A DNA stretch of 63,092 nt, filler included, from Perkinsus chesapeaki ATCC PRA-425 (GCA_013115145.1; 8 parts of 8 records of this genome joined end to end with filler, not necessarily neighbours in it), one strand, 5' to 3'; shown: positions 36,960 to 49,495, counted from the first letter of the whole stretch. Translations and numbers: made by a program. Notes: generated from the sequence alone by a model not told the origin.

Positions 36960-38785
36960 CATCAAGGGCATGCCAGGTAGGATATATATCTCGGGGCCAA
37001 CACATCCGTGCAGCAGTCCGACTGGCAAGAGCTAGCTACCGATCTTCTCTCGGTGAATTCCAGTGTACGTCTTAGTGTCGTAGTAAAAACGTTCTGGTCC
37101 AGGGGCCTAGCAAACAGAGTGAGCCTTAGTCGGTGACAGAGTTGCCTTACATCTTTAACGTTCCCTCGTTGCTTAGGACCACTCTGTTCGCCACTACCGA
37201 CGGCCCCCGCCTTTGCCTCTGACGGCTTCACGTTAGTAGCGGTCCGGCGCTGACAGATGGAAGGCATATAAGTTAACCTTATGTGAATCATGCGGAGGAC
37301 GGGTATAAACATTTAAAGGGTATTTCGGATCACACTGCATGATCTTCAATACTTCTATATTCCGCAATCTCATGCAACTAAAACGAGAATTCCTGACATA
37401 CGTTTTAACCTAGCCATCAAGTTTCGAGAAAACCGCGGCGATGACGACTGGCACTCGGGCTCAAGGCTCACCTTAACAATATTCCGCAGATCCTTCACAT
37501 CATCATCGATTACCTCCGGCCCTCCAGCCTTGTGTACCTACCCAACTCCTTGTGCTATGCGTTAAGCAGGCATCAGCCTTACCCCTGTATAGGTGGAAGT
37601 ATCGTAGAAGAACCTTGCTGGACCACGGACCTACACTCACCGAGGATGATGGTTCCATCGGATGGGCCGTCGCTGCTCACCTTGCAGCCCGGCGTACCGG
37701 TACTAGCCTCACTGGCCTTGCTGACTCCGGTGTCGGGGGTCTGACCGACACTATGCCCACAGAGTAACTCGCTAACTCCTACCGTCACTGTCAAGCGGCC
37801 AACGGCCTGGCTGGGACGCTCACTAGTAGGGGTGGCCGCAAGGCTGCTAGGTCGGCTCTGACACGCAGGAGTGGGCAAGAGGCAGTGCCGAAATGCTTGC
37901 CTCTGGCGAGCTGCAAGCCGAGCTCATGACCCTCGGTCTCGGAGGAGGAGCAGCAGTACGGTTCTGAGGTTGGATGGGCAGCGCTGTCAGAAGGGAACAG
38001 GTTACCTTAACCATAGTCTTCAGGCTTAGGTGGTCACCATCGTAGGTCTTGGGACCGCCGTTGCGCCACACCTGAATTTCACTGTCATATCGGGGAGAGC
38101 GGTATGAGGCTTTACCCCTGTATACGTGGATTGGTCGTAATAGAACCTCTCTGGGCCACGTTTAACCTGATCACCAGTTCATGGCCCGTAGGGTTAATCC
38201 TGCGGCATACCTTCTCCACAGACCCCGCCTTGATGCTAGACTTTGCAGGAGGTAAGGCATCGGCGACAGAAGGCCCTCGAAGAGCACCTGACCAAGCATC
38301 ATCCCAGTCCGCAAGGGTGAGCCTTACTACTAGGGAAGGGCCTAGTCCCCCCTGTGGTCCCATTCATAACAGGACCGTTGGAATTTATCACTTTCTCTTC
38401 AGCCCAGGACACTGACTGGCCATGGCGCCGCGATATCTGATATACAATTGGACCAATTGTTGCCTCGGCTTTCCTTACATCGTCGAGGGCCTCCATGAAC
38501 TGACCGAATTCAATTTTCCTTTCGCCGCGAAACCGGACCTGCGTGATAGTCCGTTCATCTTCGTTCTGCCTCTACCTTGGCAAAAACTATGTCGATGTCG
38601 TTGACGGTGAAGCCTTTGTCGGCAATGAGCTCACAGTCCTTGCATAGTTTTGCGAATTGACGACCTTCCATTAGGGTGTCCCCACCTAACCGTTCGACCT
38701 TTTGCGCATCCTGCACGGTTCAAGCTAAGATTCCTTTCTCACCCGTGAAGGCCTTATATACAGACAAAAGGTTAGATGCTGCCAT
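36960..38785 (-). CDS. p25alpha/TPPP-family tubulin-polymerisation-promoting protein, spliced; 3' end approximate
   Basis: MAASNLLSVYKAFTG|GDTLMEGRQFAKLCKDCELIADKGFTVNDIDIVFAK|VRFRGERKIEFGQFMEALDD|ISRRHGQSVSWAEEKVINSNGPVMNGT; a downstream VWRNGGPKTYDG segment. Confidence 0.85.
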
Positions 38786-39019
38786 TCTGCGACTTCTTTG
38801 GTAAAAAGATCAACACAAAAACTTTCAGCAAAGTGCGCACTTCCAAATTTGACGGAGCGAAGCGATTCATGAATACCCTTTTTGTCGGCCTAATCTCCGC
38901 GACGTTGCGATTGTCGTATCTTCAGACCTCTAGCCCTACAGGCTATTCCTATCACCTGGCCAACACTATTTCCCGCTATATTACGAGTTATTGCTTTCTC
39001 TCCCTCGCTGGAACCCTCG

Positions 39020-40900
39020 AATGCTGCCCACGTGTCGGGACCAGCGACCGCCGCGCTCACCGTTTCCGTCGCCCGAAGGCCCTGCATTGTTGGTCCAGTC
39101 AAGGCCCAAAAGGAACTCTTTTATATTGTGGATTTTTCAGATTGTTAAACTGCTGCCCTCGATTTTGCCCAAATGACTCCAACCAGCATTCGCAGGCCTT
39201 CACTGCCCAGCAACTGTTCGACCGCGGGGACCACCCCTGGGGTAGGCACCTGGTCACTAATACCTGCACCGGCAGGCTTTGCATGTCTCAGAAATCAGTC
39301 ATGTTCGATCAAGATGATGGAGGACAGATGGCAATGCGAATGAGGCACAGTGTTGACGGCATACCGACCGAGCGGGTGCCTCCCTGCGACTGCGTGGACA
39401 AGATGACCCTGCAGGGCCTCGATGTCATCGGCCTCATCCACGAGAATCCGTATAACGGACGGAAGGTGGGAGCTGGGTGGCCGGGGAGGTCAGCGATCGG
39501 ACTCTCAGGTGGCCCTAATGCGAAACAGGAATGCCTGTTGCAGCCGCCACGAGAAGGTCATTGCCAAGATTTGGCCCAATACGCATCTGGATGCCACCCG
39601 CCAAGCTCTGGGGACCAGAGATGTCGAGAGCAGGATGAAAAAGCTAGTAATAACATCTGTAGGCCTACAGCCATTCCAGGGTGGGCTCAGGTGGTGGAGG
39701 ATGCCGAGCGGGAATCGATACTTCTGTCACAGCTGGCTGACGAGGGCAACGGCTGCGCGGTAGTGGGGGACTGGGGAAGGACACCGCTTCATTGGCGTCG
39801 GGTTCAGGTTCGTCCGTTGAAGACATTCAAGTGTCAGCCTGGCTCTGAGCCTGTATTGGTCAGCACTGGGTGCACTGATGGTGCCACTTACTTCATCAGA
39901 GAGTATTGCAATTACGGCGACCTTAGTCAATATGTCACCAGATGTCAAGATATGTAGGTCTACCGCCACCCGCCGCCGCCGTCAACCGCCTAATAGTGGA
40001 CTCCTCGTTATAGGTATCAGATTGAGGGCAACCAGCTCGGGTTGAGGTGGTATCTTTCGGCCAAGGATGCCGTTAAGCAAGCCATCGAATGTATCAAATG
40101 TGTCCACGATGCCGGGTAACCGCTAACCCTCTCCCCGAGTGTCGGTCATCGCCGCTCAGATATGCATTGCTCGATGTGGACATGACACAGTTTGGTGTGA
40201 TGGATTTCCGTGGTTATGGCTCTGGTCTGGATCTAGACGGCCCGCAGCCTATTCAGGTTAAGATTATTGATGCCGGCCAGGCAACAGGTAGCAGCTCTCC
40301 CCCTCCTCCACTGCTACTGACTATTAGCTCTTTCAACCGATTCTGGATCGACCATTGGTAAGCCCTCTACTCGCTGTCCAGAGGCACAGAAGGCCGCTGT
40401 CCAAGCGGAAAGAGGCATTCCTCCAGGGGAGAGGGTAGGTCAGCACCAGTTTCGGCGGCGGTGGTACACTGTGGCGTTTCAGAAGCACTGGTCTGCAGTC
40501 CGCCAAGACACCTGGGCAGTCGGTCTTATGATTTTCGATCTTCTATGGAATTCCCCCTGGCAGCTGGCCAGTCCTGATGATCCGCAGTATCGTCTTTACC
40601 GAGAGCGAGGAGTAGGCGACCCCGCCACCTGCTGCTGCCGCCCGTGCATGAACACCTTTCGGTTGTAGGTTCGTACGCTTGTTAAACGCGTACCGAGTTC
40701 AAGCAACCGATTCGGTGTAGCCCCCCACGGCGTCGATATGGCTCAATCATTGCGAGATCTCCTCAGAGGAACACTCACGGCATCCGACAAGCCCGGAATG
40801 TAACCCATCCCAAGCTGCTGAGGCGACCAGCGAGATCTCATTAGGTTCCTCTCGCTCTCGGCGGTGCTGGCCTCTCCTTGGTGGGGAGACAACGACCATA
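39020..40900 (+). CDS. Ser/Thr protein-kinase-like protein with degenerate catalytic motifs, multi-exon; ends approximate
   Basis: KVIAKIWP (VAIK), YFIREYCNYGDL (hinge), YALLDVDMTQF (catalytic-loop position), VKIIDAGQA (DFG position) and QDTWAVGLMIFDLLWNSPWQLA (subdomain IX). Confidence 0.7.
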
Positions 40901-41387
40901 GAGTAACCGATACTGGAATTGCTACGCCCACCACTGCGACTAACTGAGCCTGCCGCCTTGGTTGGCGGCGATAGCAGCTGGTGGTGTATTATTACTACCA
41001 CCTTTATTTTCTATTGTATATTAAAGCTCGTAGTCCTAAAGCGGCTCTTCCCTGTTCTAAATTTTCATCACCTGCCCCCCCGCCACTGCTGGGACATCTG
41101 CAACATTCGATACCGTTACTGCCTAGCACTCCATTCCTGGTGATCCAGGCAGTCTTCTTCTTCTTCATTATCATCACCACCATTCATATACTGGGCGCTG
41201 GTTGTGAAGGGCCCCGCCACCCCTATCGCCTTCTCCTGTAGTAGTACGCGACTTGCATTTTCCATCTATTATTGGCTGCTGCTGATTGCGTAACACCAAC
41301 TGATATCATCTCACCATCCCACAGAATTGTGTTGGTCAATGGCCCACTTCACTTAGGGCTTGCATCAGTTTACCACAAAACGATATA

Positions 41388-43620
41388 ATGACGGAACACT
41401 CCAGACCGACAACAGCAGTTAGCTTGCCAAGGCTCACCGAAGCTCCGTCCGTGAAGAGCGACCGTCCTCCTCCTGTCCATGATGACGGGCCGGAGCCGGT
41501 GAAGGTGCTCATAGAGTACTGCCAAAGATGCTACAGACACCCATGGTGTGTCAATCACAGTGAGGAGAGATACTTCTCGCAGTTCATGGACATTGCCGGT
41601 CGAGTCAGTAGAGCCTTCCCGGGCGTGGTCGATGAAATAGTTGCCGTGAAGGACCCCAGGATCGGCGCGCTCGAGGTTACTGTGGTCCACGGGGATCACC
41701 AGCAAGTTGTCTTCTCTAAGCTGGAGTCAGATAGGTGGCCGAATGTTCCAAAGGTGCTCGAGAGGATTCGCCGTGTCTCCCAGAGGATGGTCGACCCCGG
41801 ACCGAAGAGCAGTCTGTTGATCGAAAACGAGTTTCTCACCCCACGGCACCGCATCATCGAAGTAGCTCTGGCGGCTGAGGCGCCGGTGCCTTTCGCCTTA
41901 GGGCTTGAGATCACAGACAGACCACCGTTCCTGGTGACTGTAGTACAGGAGGGAAAGTACGGTGCCGAGTGCGGAGTGGTTCGGGGGGATGTCCTCCACT
42001 GCATCAACGGTCAGGCCTGCGATAGGATGGATCTGGAGGGGCTCCTCACAGAACTGAGGAAGAGACCGATGAACTTGTACTGCCGAAGATTTGATAGGAC
42101 CAAGAAGCGTCCAAGGCCAGTTGGAAGCGCGTTGTCATTCGCACGCCTGTTCGGGAGGAGGCCGATCTCCATGCGAGCGGAGAAGGCGGCAACAGCTCAC
42201 ATGCAGAGACAAAGGAAGGGCATGACGACAATTGACACAATTCCACCGAGGCCACCACCGAGCAAAAAGCTGCCTAAACCCACCTATAAAGTGAAGCGAG
42301 TCGAAAGGCATGATGAGAAGGGACCGACGATAGGCCCGGCGGTACAGCCGCCGAAGTCTGCGCCGCAGCAGGGGCACAGGCCACGCCCGAAATCCAGCCA
42401 GACGCCACAACCACAGCAGAAGCCGTCGGAACAATCACGATCGGAGATGCTACTCCAGAATCCCGGACGAATTAGGCCTGCAGGACGCAGTGAAGGCAAC
42501 AAGAAGGCCGCTACCAAGCCTAGTACCGCGGAGAGCGAGAGTATAGCAGAACCAACCAAGAAGGAAGAGGTGGGCAAGGTGGAGAAGGATGTAGTTGAAG
42601 CTACCACTCGGGGCGAGGAACTGAAGGAGGAAGGACCCAGCAATGTTGAAGCACCGAGTGAGTCAAAGGGGGATGGCACGCACCAGGAAATTGCTGATGC
42701 TCCTCCTCCTCCGGAGGCGGTGCAGGATACCCCTGCTGAAGGCGATGAACCTGAAGCGGCTCCACAGGATGACGATGAATATGAGGATGAATTCGAGTCC
42801 GAAGATGAGAAGTGGGATGAGGGCCCTCCAGATGCGGGAGAGGTCGAGGAGCCAGTAGAGGGAGACAGCTCACACAATCCGGATGGTTCAACAGAAGCTC
42901 GAGTGGCCGAAGACAAACCGAATGAGATGGCGATGGTGGAGGAGGAAGCGGCTTCTCCAGAAGTTGCTGATGTCGCTCCACCATCACCTCAACTTTCGGA
43001 TGTTGCGCCGGCAGAGATCGTCAGCGTTGACGGCGACGCCGAAGAGGAACCTGCGTCACAACTGGCCACGCCGGTGAAGGGTGAAGAGAACTCGCCACAG
43101 GATGAGGCGGATGAAGCGGTGACCTCGGCTTTCGAAAGCGAAAAGATGGCTACGAGCTGCCCTGGTGATGAGCCCACATCGGCCCTTCCTGATGCCACAC
43201 CATCCCCACAGAATGTCATCACGGGCGAAGACGGCAATGAGGGGAAGGTGGGAAGGATTGGCGGCGCAGTGACCGATGAGATGCACGAGGCGATGGTATC
43301 CAATGTTGTGGATGATGTTGTGAGACGAGCGTCCAGTCGTCTGTCGGCCGCCCCTGGTACGGAGGGCTCGACCGAGGCTGCCTTGCAAGAAGAGGACGCG
43401 GCTAAGGCAGCAGAAACACCGAAGATGACAGTGCCGGTAGAGTCAGGAGAGGCTGCCGCCCCTGTACCAGAGGACCCAGTCGAGGCTGCCGCCCCTGTAC
43501 CAGAGGACCCAGTCGAGGCTGCCGCCCCTGTACCAGAGGACCCAGTCGAGGCTGCCGCCCCTGTACCAGAGGACCCAGTCGAGGCTGCCGCCCCTGTACC
43601 AGAGGACCCAGTGGAGGCTG
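41388..43620 (+). CDS. Rdx/SelW-like CxxC domain + PDZ domain + long acidic low-complexity tail; runs into gap
   Basis: VLIEYCQRCYRHPWCVNH...PRIGALEV...VFSKLESDRWP (Rdx-like); ALGLEITDRPPFLVTVVQEGKYGAECGVVRGDVLHCING...RPMNLYCRR (PDZ). Intronless; the C-terminus is unknown. Confidence 0.75.
43449..43620 (+). repeat. Coding 33-bp tandem repeat (EAAAPVPEDPV), at least 5 near-identical copies, collapses into gap
   Basis: GAGGCTGCCGCCCCTGTACCAGAGGACCCAGTC is repeated from 43449 up to the N-run. Confidence 0.95.
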
Positions 43621-43720
43621 NNNNNNNNNNNNNNNNNNNNNNNNNNNNNNNNNNNNNNNNNNNNTTAATTAATTAANNNNNNNNNNNNNNNNNNNNNNNN
43701 NNNNNNNNNNNNNNNNNNNN

Positions 43721-45808
43721 ACGTAAGGGCACTGAAGTTGAAACAGGATGAAAGAGTATTACATCTGAGACAAGATTATGATAGAAAAGCCCGGGATCTA
43801 ATGCAGAAGTAAGGCACGCGTTCACTAACTAAAGAATCCTGAGTACACTTTCTTTTTCATGAAGTTTAAGAAGGTATAGAAGATGATATCTCTATTATAG
43901 CCATGCACGATAGACGGATCCTCGTCGCTGACAGATATGCATTGAGGATGCGCGACATTCGAGACGATTGCGAAAATAAAAGGAAAGCCGAGCTCCAGCG
44001 CGTTGAGGCGTCGAAAAATCGCGAAGTGAAGGATCTCATGCAGAAAAACATGAAAGAGTTTCGGGCAGGAAGTCCACCCCTTCCGTAACGTCCTTACATG
44101 CCTCGCTTGCAGGAGATCAAGGCTTATTACGGTGATATAACCTCTAGCAACCTCGAGCTTATCAAGAGGCTCAAAGAAGAACACGCTGAATTAAGAAAGA
44201 GAGAAATGGCCGATGCCAAACTCATGTGGGTGGAAATGCTGGTATCACTGAGAGCTTCTCGAAACCCTCCATGGGAACGCATTGGTTGTCTCTCCCTGCA
44301 GTAGATGAATATTATTTTCCGACGTTTTATACCTGCACGAGGAACACTTTTCAACCCTCGAGGATAGTATCTCTGTGAGGTAAACTGTCGCAAGGAGTGT
44401 CAGGGCCTGATGTTCAGGAAATCGCTGATTTCTGAGCGCTACGATTAAAACTCCCATGAGTCCGAGAGCTCGGCGAACACATAGCATAACGCTACTACGT
44501 GGAGCGCTAGGCCGAATGGGTTGATAAGACTATTGAGATATTAGCCTGACCACCGTTCGGTGTTACTCTCGCACAACAGTTCCCCTCAGGCGGGAACTGA
44601 AGCGTAAAAATGCAGCGTTATCTGATCCCTTGAAGAGAGCCAAAAGCGAAGTGGAAGAATTAAAGGAGACACATGCACGGTGAGTGTAGATTCTGCTGAC
44701 GAAAATTATGCGAAAAACTTCTCCGAAATTTTGATTTTCTGCCCATAATTTAGCGAAGATTGACAGCTTGTTGACAACAAGACTTGGTGTGCAGCACACC
44801 GTGTGCTCCCTCACTCTAGACTAAAGATTGATATGTTAGTAGGATTGCAGTAATGCTGTAAATTACAGCACTGCATTCAGTATGTTACTACTATTACAGC
44901 CCGTAATACTAGTAACATACTGAATGCAGTGCACTATAGCAGAAGACATTAAATGTTATTAATGCATACATCGGCCTTAGATATTTGGAGGACAAACGTA
45001 AGATTGGGGTCCTGAAAGATGAAATTGCAGAACAAGAAAAGACTTTAGCTGCTCACTCCTTCAAGGTAGGCGGGCTCACTGACTACTACTCCAGCCGGAG
45101 CGGATTTCTGCTCGTCTAACCAAAGTCGACTGGAGTCGCGATCTCTACTTTTATCAGCTCGCTGTGCTAGAGCAACAACTGGAGGCTGTGTCATCCGAGA
45201 GGGATACAGTTGTCGAGCAATTCCAAAGCATGGTCTATGAAGTGCAACAAAAAAGTGGAATGAAGAACTTGTTACTCGAGAAAAAACTGGAGAATCTTGA
45301 GGTATGTGAAATGCTTGCTCCGACCAGGCCCTGTCGACATGTAACAGTTCGAGTGTGGCTGACAAAAAACTTACTTTTCATCAGCCTTGTTTTCTATTAC
45401 CACACGACAGCCATCTTCCAAATCCCAGTGCCGATCCGAACATTGTCAGTCTCCCCGAATCTCAGGAGTCCCTGGAAGTTGCCGATGCCCAGGTCTCGGA
45501 GTTAATGATGTCAGCTGGTGGAGGCCCGGCGGCGGCTGAAGGCGTATCGAGGAAGTTGGATAGCGTGATGGCGAATAAGAACGATGCGATTTCAGGGCTC
45601 CAAGAGGTTGGTCGTGCCGTGGTTTAGTGAACTTTGAGTGTTTTTTGTCAGGAGCGACGAAGGCTCCAGGAAGCTCACGCGCAATTGGTGCGCTCCTTCG
45701 AATCGAAGTTGGCCGAGTGAGTTAAGAAGATTCCGAGGTGTTGAGATGTCTGTCAGGTACGGTGTGCCTCGAGAGGACCTCGGGTTCGAACCGAGGTTGG
45801 TTGCATGA
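43721..45808 (+). CDS. GAS8: Growth-arrest-specific 8 / dynein regulatory complex subunit 4 (trypanin), 3' part; 5' part lies in the gap
   Basis: RKAELQRVEASKNREVKDLM, EIKAYYGDITSSNLELIKRLKEE, LSDPLKRAKSEV, EVQQKSGMKNLLLEKKL, SRKLDSVMANKNDAI and FESKLAE|YGVPREDLGFEPRLVA* match the GAS8 coiled-coil C-terminal half. Confidence 0.92.
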
Positions 45809-46580
45809 ACGACGCGTTTTTATACCGTGTGTTGGAATAATGGCGTTGTCGAGTTGAGTCTAGCTTGTAGGAACTTGCTTTCTTCTTTCTAGCATTACTC
45901 TCGTTTAATAAGTATGATAAGATTTTAATATGGCTGTTGAGTGCCAGAATTTCTAGAATAAGCCTTGGGTTGGAAGTTATTTCTGGCCCAGAAATAACTT
46001 CCAACCCAAGGCTTATTGAGAGTGCAGAGAACCCTAACGTATGCGTGCAACTGTGTTGCTCCCATAGCTAATACAAACTGCTCAACTACTATCAATGGAT
46101 TGCCTTGCACAGCAGCGCACTAGTAAATGTGATCGTTGAGATTACTGTTGGTCACTGATGTGACATGGGGACAACGCCATAATCCGCTTTCGTACTCGCC
46201 TACAGCTCCTCCGCTGCAAAGTATTGTGATATTGCTGTGCAAGGGGCCTACTCAGTAACCGATTTTTAGGGATCCTTTTGGCTTCCATCAGCCCCGAAAT
46301 GGTATACCTAGCCTGGCGGCCAGACTCTGGCCCGTCTGCTCGGCTTGGCTTATCCTCTGTGGTCGCGCTTTCTCACCCCTGCATCCAGTTGGCCTGGTGG
46401 GTGATTTCTGTGGTTACTTTGACACGAAAGTATCTATTAAGTGGAATCTCTCGGATGATCATCATCCGATGATGATTTTACCACTATCACTCTCATCGAT
46501 CTTGTCACACAGAAGAGCTATTCCTGTCGAATGAAAACATGGACAAGCGACTGGAATTACTTCATGACCAAAGCCAAGCT

Positions 46581-47358
46581 TCAGTTATTTACGGGTTCAT
46601 AAGGGTGCGTAGCCAACTCGATGCGAGCCTGTCGAGTCACCTCATCAACTGTAGTGAATTGCATAACCCTTAAGTGGCTTGCAATATGAGATGGTAAAGC
46701 TTCCATTACCTTCAGAATCATGTCTCGATGATAGTTGGCGTCAGTGTTGGGCTTCACGAACTTATCGAACTCGGGTAGACCCTTGTCTGCACTTGGAGTG
46801 ACGAAATGGGCTTCAGAATACAACTTGTTAAGGTCGTACAATAGAGTGTCTACACTTTCACCGGGCTCGAGGTGGCGGTCTCGGAATTCAGCAGCTGCCT
46901 GATAAGGTGGCTTGATGAGATGGCATAACAAAGCAATACGAATAGTATTATAATTGCCACGATAAGCTTCATCAAAAGATAGATAGACTTGTAAGGCTCG
47001 ACCAGTAAGACATGTCGACAGTTTCCAGCACGCTTTAGTTTCATCCCAGCCGTTTGCTCGAACACATAGACCATAACGAGTTAAGAACTCTACAATAGAT
47101 TCGTCAGCACGGCCTTGGAATGGAGGTGGTAAACTAGTGTGTGAACTTGTTGATGCTGATGAAGTCATAGTAGTATCAGATGCTGTCATAGTAGAGTGGG
47201 TCTGGGCACCACTGTAGTAACTCAAAGGCACGAGTATTTAGTAGAATAAGATATTAATCAACTTCCGGAAAATTACGAAATCGAAAGTTCACGAAACTTT
47301 CCGCAATTTTAGACGCATGACGTAGCCTTCGAGAACTAAATGCCGATGTACCATTACA
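46581..47358 (-). mobile_element. Truncated LTR retrotransposon: candidate 146-bp 5' LTR, PBS and partial gag
   Basis: Minus strand: TGTAA...CTACA (47358-47213), then TGGTGCCCAGA (47211-47201). The ORF from ATG at 47189 encodes gag-like ESIVEFLTRY...NGWDE...LTGRALQVY...FRDRHLEPGESVDTLL. No pol or second LTR was found. Confidence 0.65.
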
Positions 47359-49029
47359 TTGCATTTGACTCGTCTTCTCGCGGGAAGTCGTAGGTCTATC
47401 GAGGCTCGTACACATGAGTACACTTCAGCAGCATTACTGAGACTTCTATCTTATCGAGGGATATGCGCTATACTGACTGATCTCAGGGCAGACCCGCGGC
47501 ATGCAAGGGGCGCCATGGTATGTGTTCAGTGGACCCCATAGACCGATGAATCCCCTACCGCCTGCATTTCAACGAGCATCTCGTTCATTCTAACCCCTCC
47601 ACTAGAAGCATTGTATACCTCGTGTTCAGCGTTAGAATAGTTGTGAGGCCCGCCGCAGAGTCATATGCATTATCGGCAACACAACTCAGATGGGGACAGT
47701 CACTGCTCCATAGAACAGAGTTCACCCGACTTCAGTCCTATCCACGAAGAGCCTGCTTCGCTGAGCGAAGTTCGCTCAGCTAGAGGGAGTTCAGCGTCAC
47801 TAGTTGAGCTCCAACCTACCAGATATGGAAAGAAGAGACGGCGTCGGAGCTACGGAGAAATTATTAACCGCATCATTGGATACATTGGCACGGTCACGTC
47901 ACGCGTGACACCACGAGTTGGATCGTCCTGTTGTTCGCTCACAAGATCCATCCGCAGCTCAGACCTCCCCTTGTTACTTTGACTTGTTCTTTCAGGAGTA
48001 TTTCCCCTATCAATGCTGTATAACCGCTCGTGTCCTTCATTCATGGATAGCTCGGTTGGAACCTCCTACCACAGTGGAACCCCCCTTCATAACTTGTTGA
48101 TGCAACAGACCAGTCAGTTCACTACGAGGTCAACCGTCATGGAATGGCTGAACCCCACCGGTCAGGGCTACAACAAATCCTCGCCTCCCATATACATTGC
48201 AGGAGTCGCCATTAACAGCAGCGGTCTTCCGTACCAGTCAAGTGCCAACTCATGCATGGACCATTTCACCATGCCAACAGCATGGTCGGGAAGAGCTGGA
48301 TTGTAGAAATCCCTTCAATTTCTTACAAATGTTCCCATGCTTCCCCCACAACATGAGAGTCCTATGGCCGCCTCATACAGGCAAGGAACAACGGTTGCCT
48401 CAACACTGAGCTCTATACAACGCGCGAAACGCAGGCTTATCCCTAGACTCGGCAACAGCGGGCGTTCTAAACTGAGGGGGAAGATATCTGCAGCTGGTAG
48501 AAACCTCACTCGTGAGCAGAAGGCCGCCTTGGGTATCAAATGTCTTAAGAAGGCTACCATCGCCGAACTTGTAGAAATGGCTGACAAGGTCGGGTTGTGC
48601 GATTACATTGATGGCCTTATTAAAGAGCAATTTGGGCCACACTAATACTTCCGAGAGTGACATTTACTATTGTGTGATCATTATCGTGCAGGTCAACCTA
48701 GCAGTATGATCCACTTCTCAACTCTTTTCCTGTATTACAGCGCCAACATGTATTCTTATTACGGCATCCGTATCTCTCGTAATTCTTTTTAACAGCGATT
48801 ATGTCTCTAGAGTCAATGGGTAAGTATGTTCATGTAGGCGTCTTTGATGGATTATGGGATTTGAGATTATTGTAATCTCTAGCCCCGGTACCCACTAATA
48901 ATATTATTCATCGTCGTTGCATCTCGTGTTGAGTTGGAGTCTTATCAAAGTTTACACCTTTTCAACGCCTATTTCAGAAACAGTAACTTCAATTTCGACG
49001 GGCGGAGGAAATTTTCGTTAAGATTCTCG

Positions 49030-49308
49030 TTTAATAACTTCAATATACCCTGGGAGGTGGTTTAATAACTTCAATATACCCTGGGAGGTGGTTTAATAAC
49101 TTCAATATACCCTGGGAGGTGGTTTAATAACTTCAATATACCCTGGGAGGTGGTTTAATAACTTCAATATACCCTGGGNNNNNNNNNNNNNNNNNNNNNN
49201 NNNNNNNNNNNNNNNNNNNNNNNNNNNNNNNNNNNNNNNNNNNNNNNNNNNNNNNNNNNNNNNNNNNNNNNNNNTGGGAGGTGGTTTAATAACTTCAATT
49301 TCACCACC
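49030..49308. repeat. 31-bp minisatellite spanning an N gap
   Basis: TTTAATAACTTCAATATACCCTGGGAGGTGG starts at 49030, 49061, 49092, 49123 and 49154, and resumes after the gap (49179-49274). There are no spacers. Confidence 0.95.
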
Positions 49309-49495
49309 ATACAATCTCGCAACATCAGTGAAATCAATTTCGACTATAGAAGCTTCAATTTCGAAACATACTTCCTAACTCGACAAGAAACTTAGACAGA
49401 AAAGTGGGGAAGAGTGGGTGAACCCACTGAAGCCACCCACAAGAATAATTAGAGAGGACGGACATCTAGGTTTCTAACTGTTGTGAGTAGTACTA

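Noticed and set aside
43620-43721. Possible fusion of the Rdx-PDZ ORF with GAS8
   Set aside because: They are separated by a gap of unknown size that must also hold the missing GAS8 5' exons; there is no evidence for a single gene.
47650-48650. Coding-like fragments with a faint SWIM/MULE-like TCxC...GQP pattern
   Set aside because: The key Cys/His residues are missing or replaced by stops; too weak to assign.
49030-49308. 31-bp direct repeats as a possible CRISPR array (likewise the 33-bp and 55-bp repeats)
   Set aside because: The units are head-to-tail without spacers, there are no cas genes, and the context is eukaryotic.
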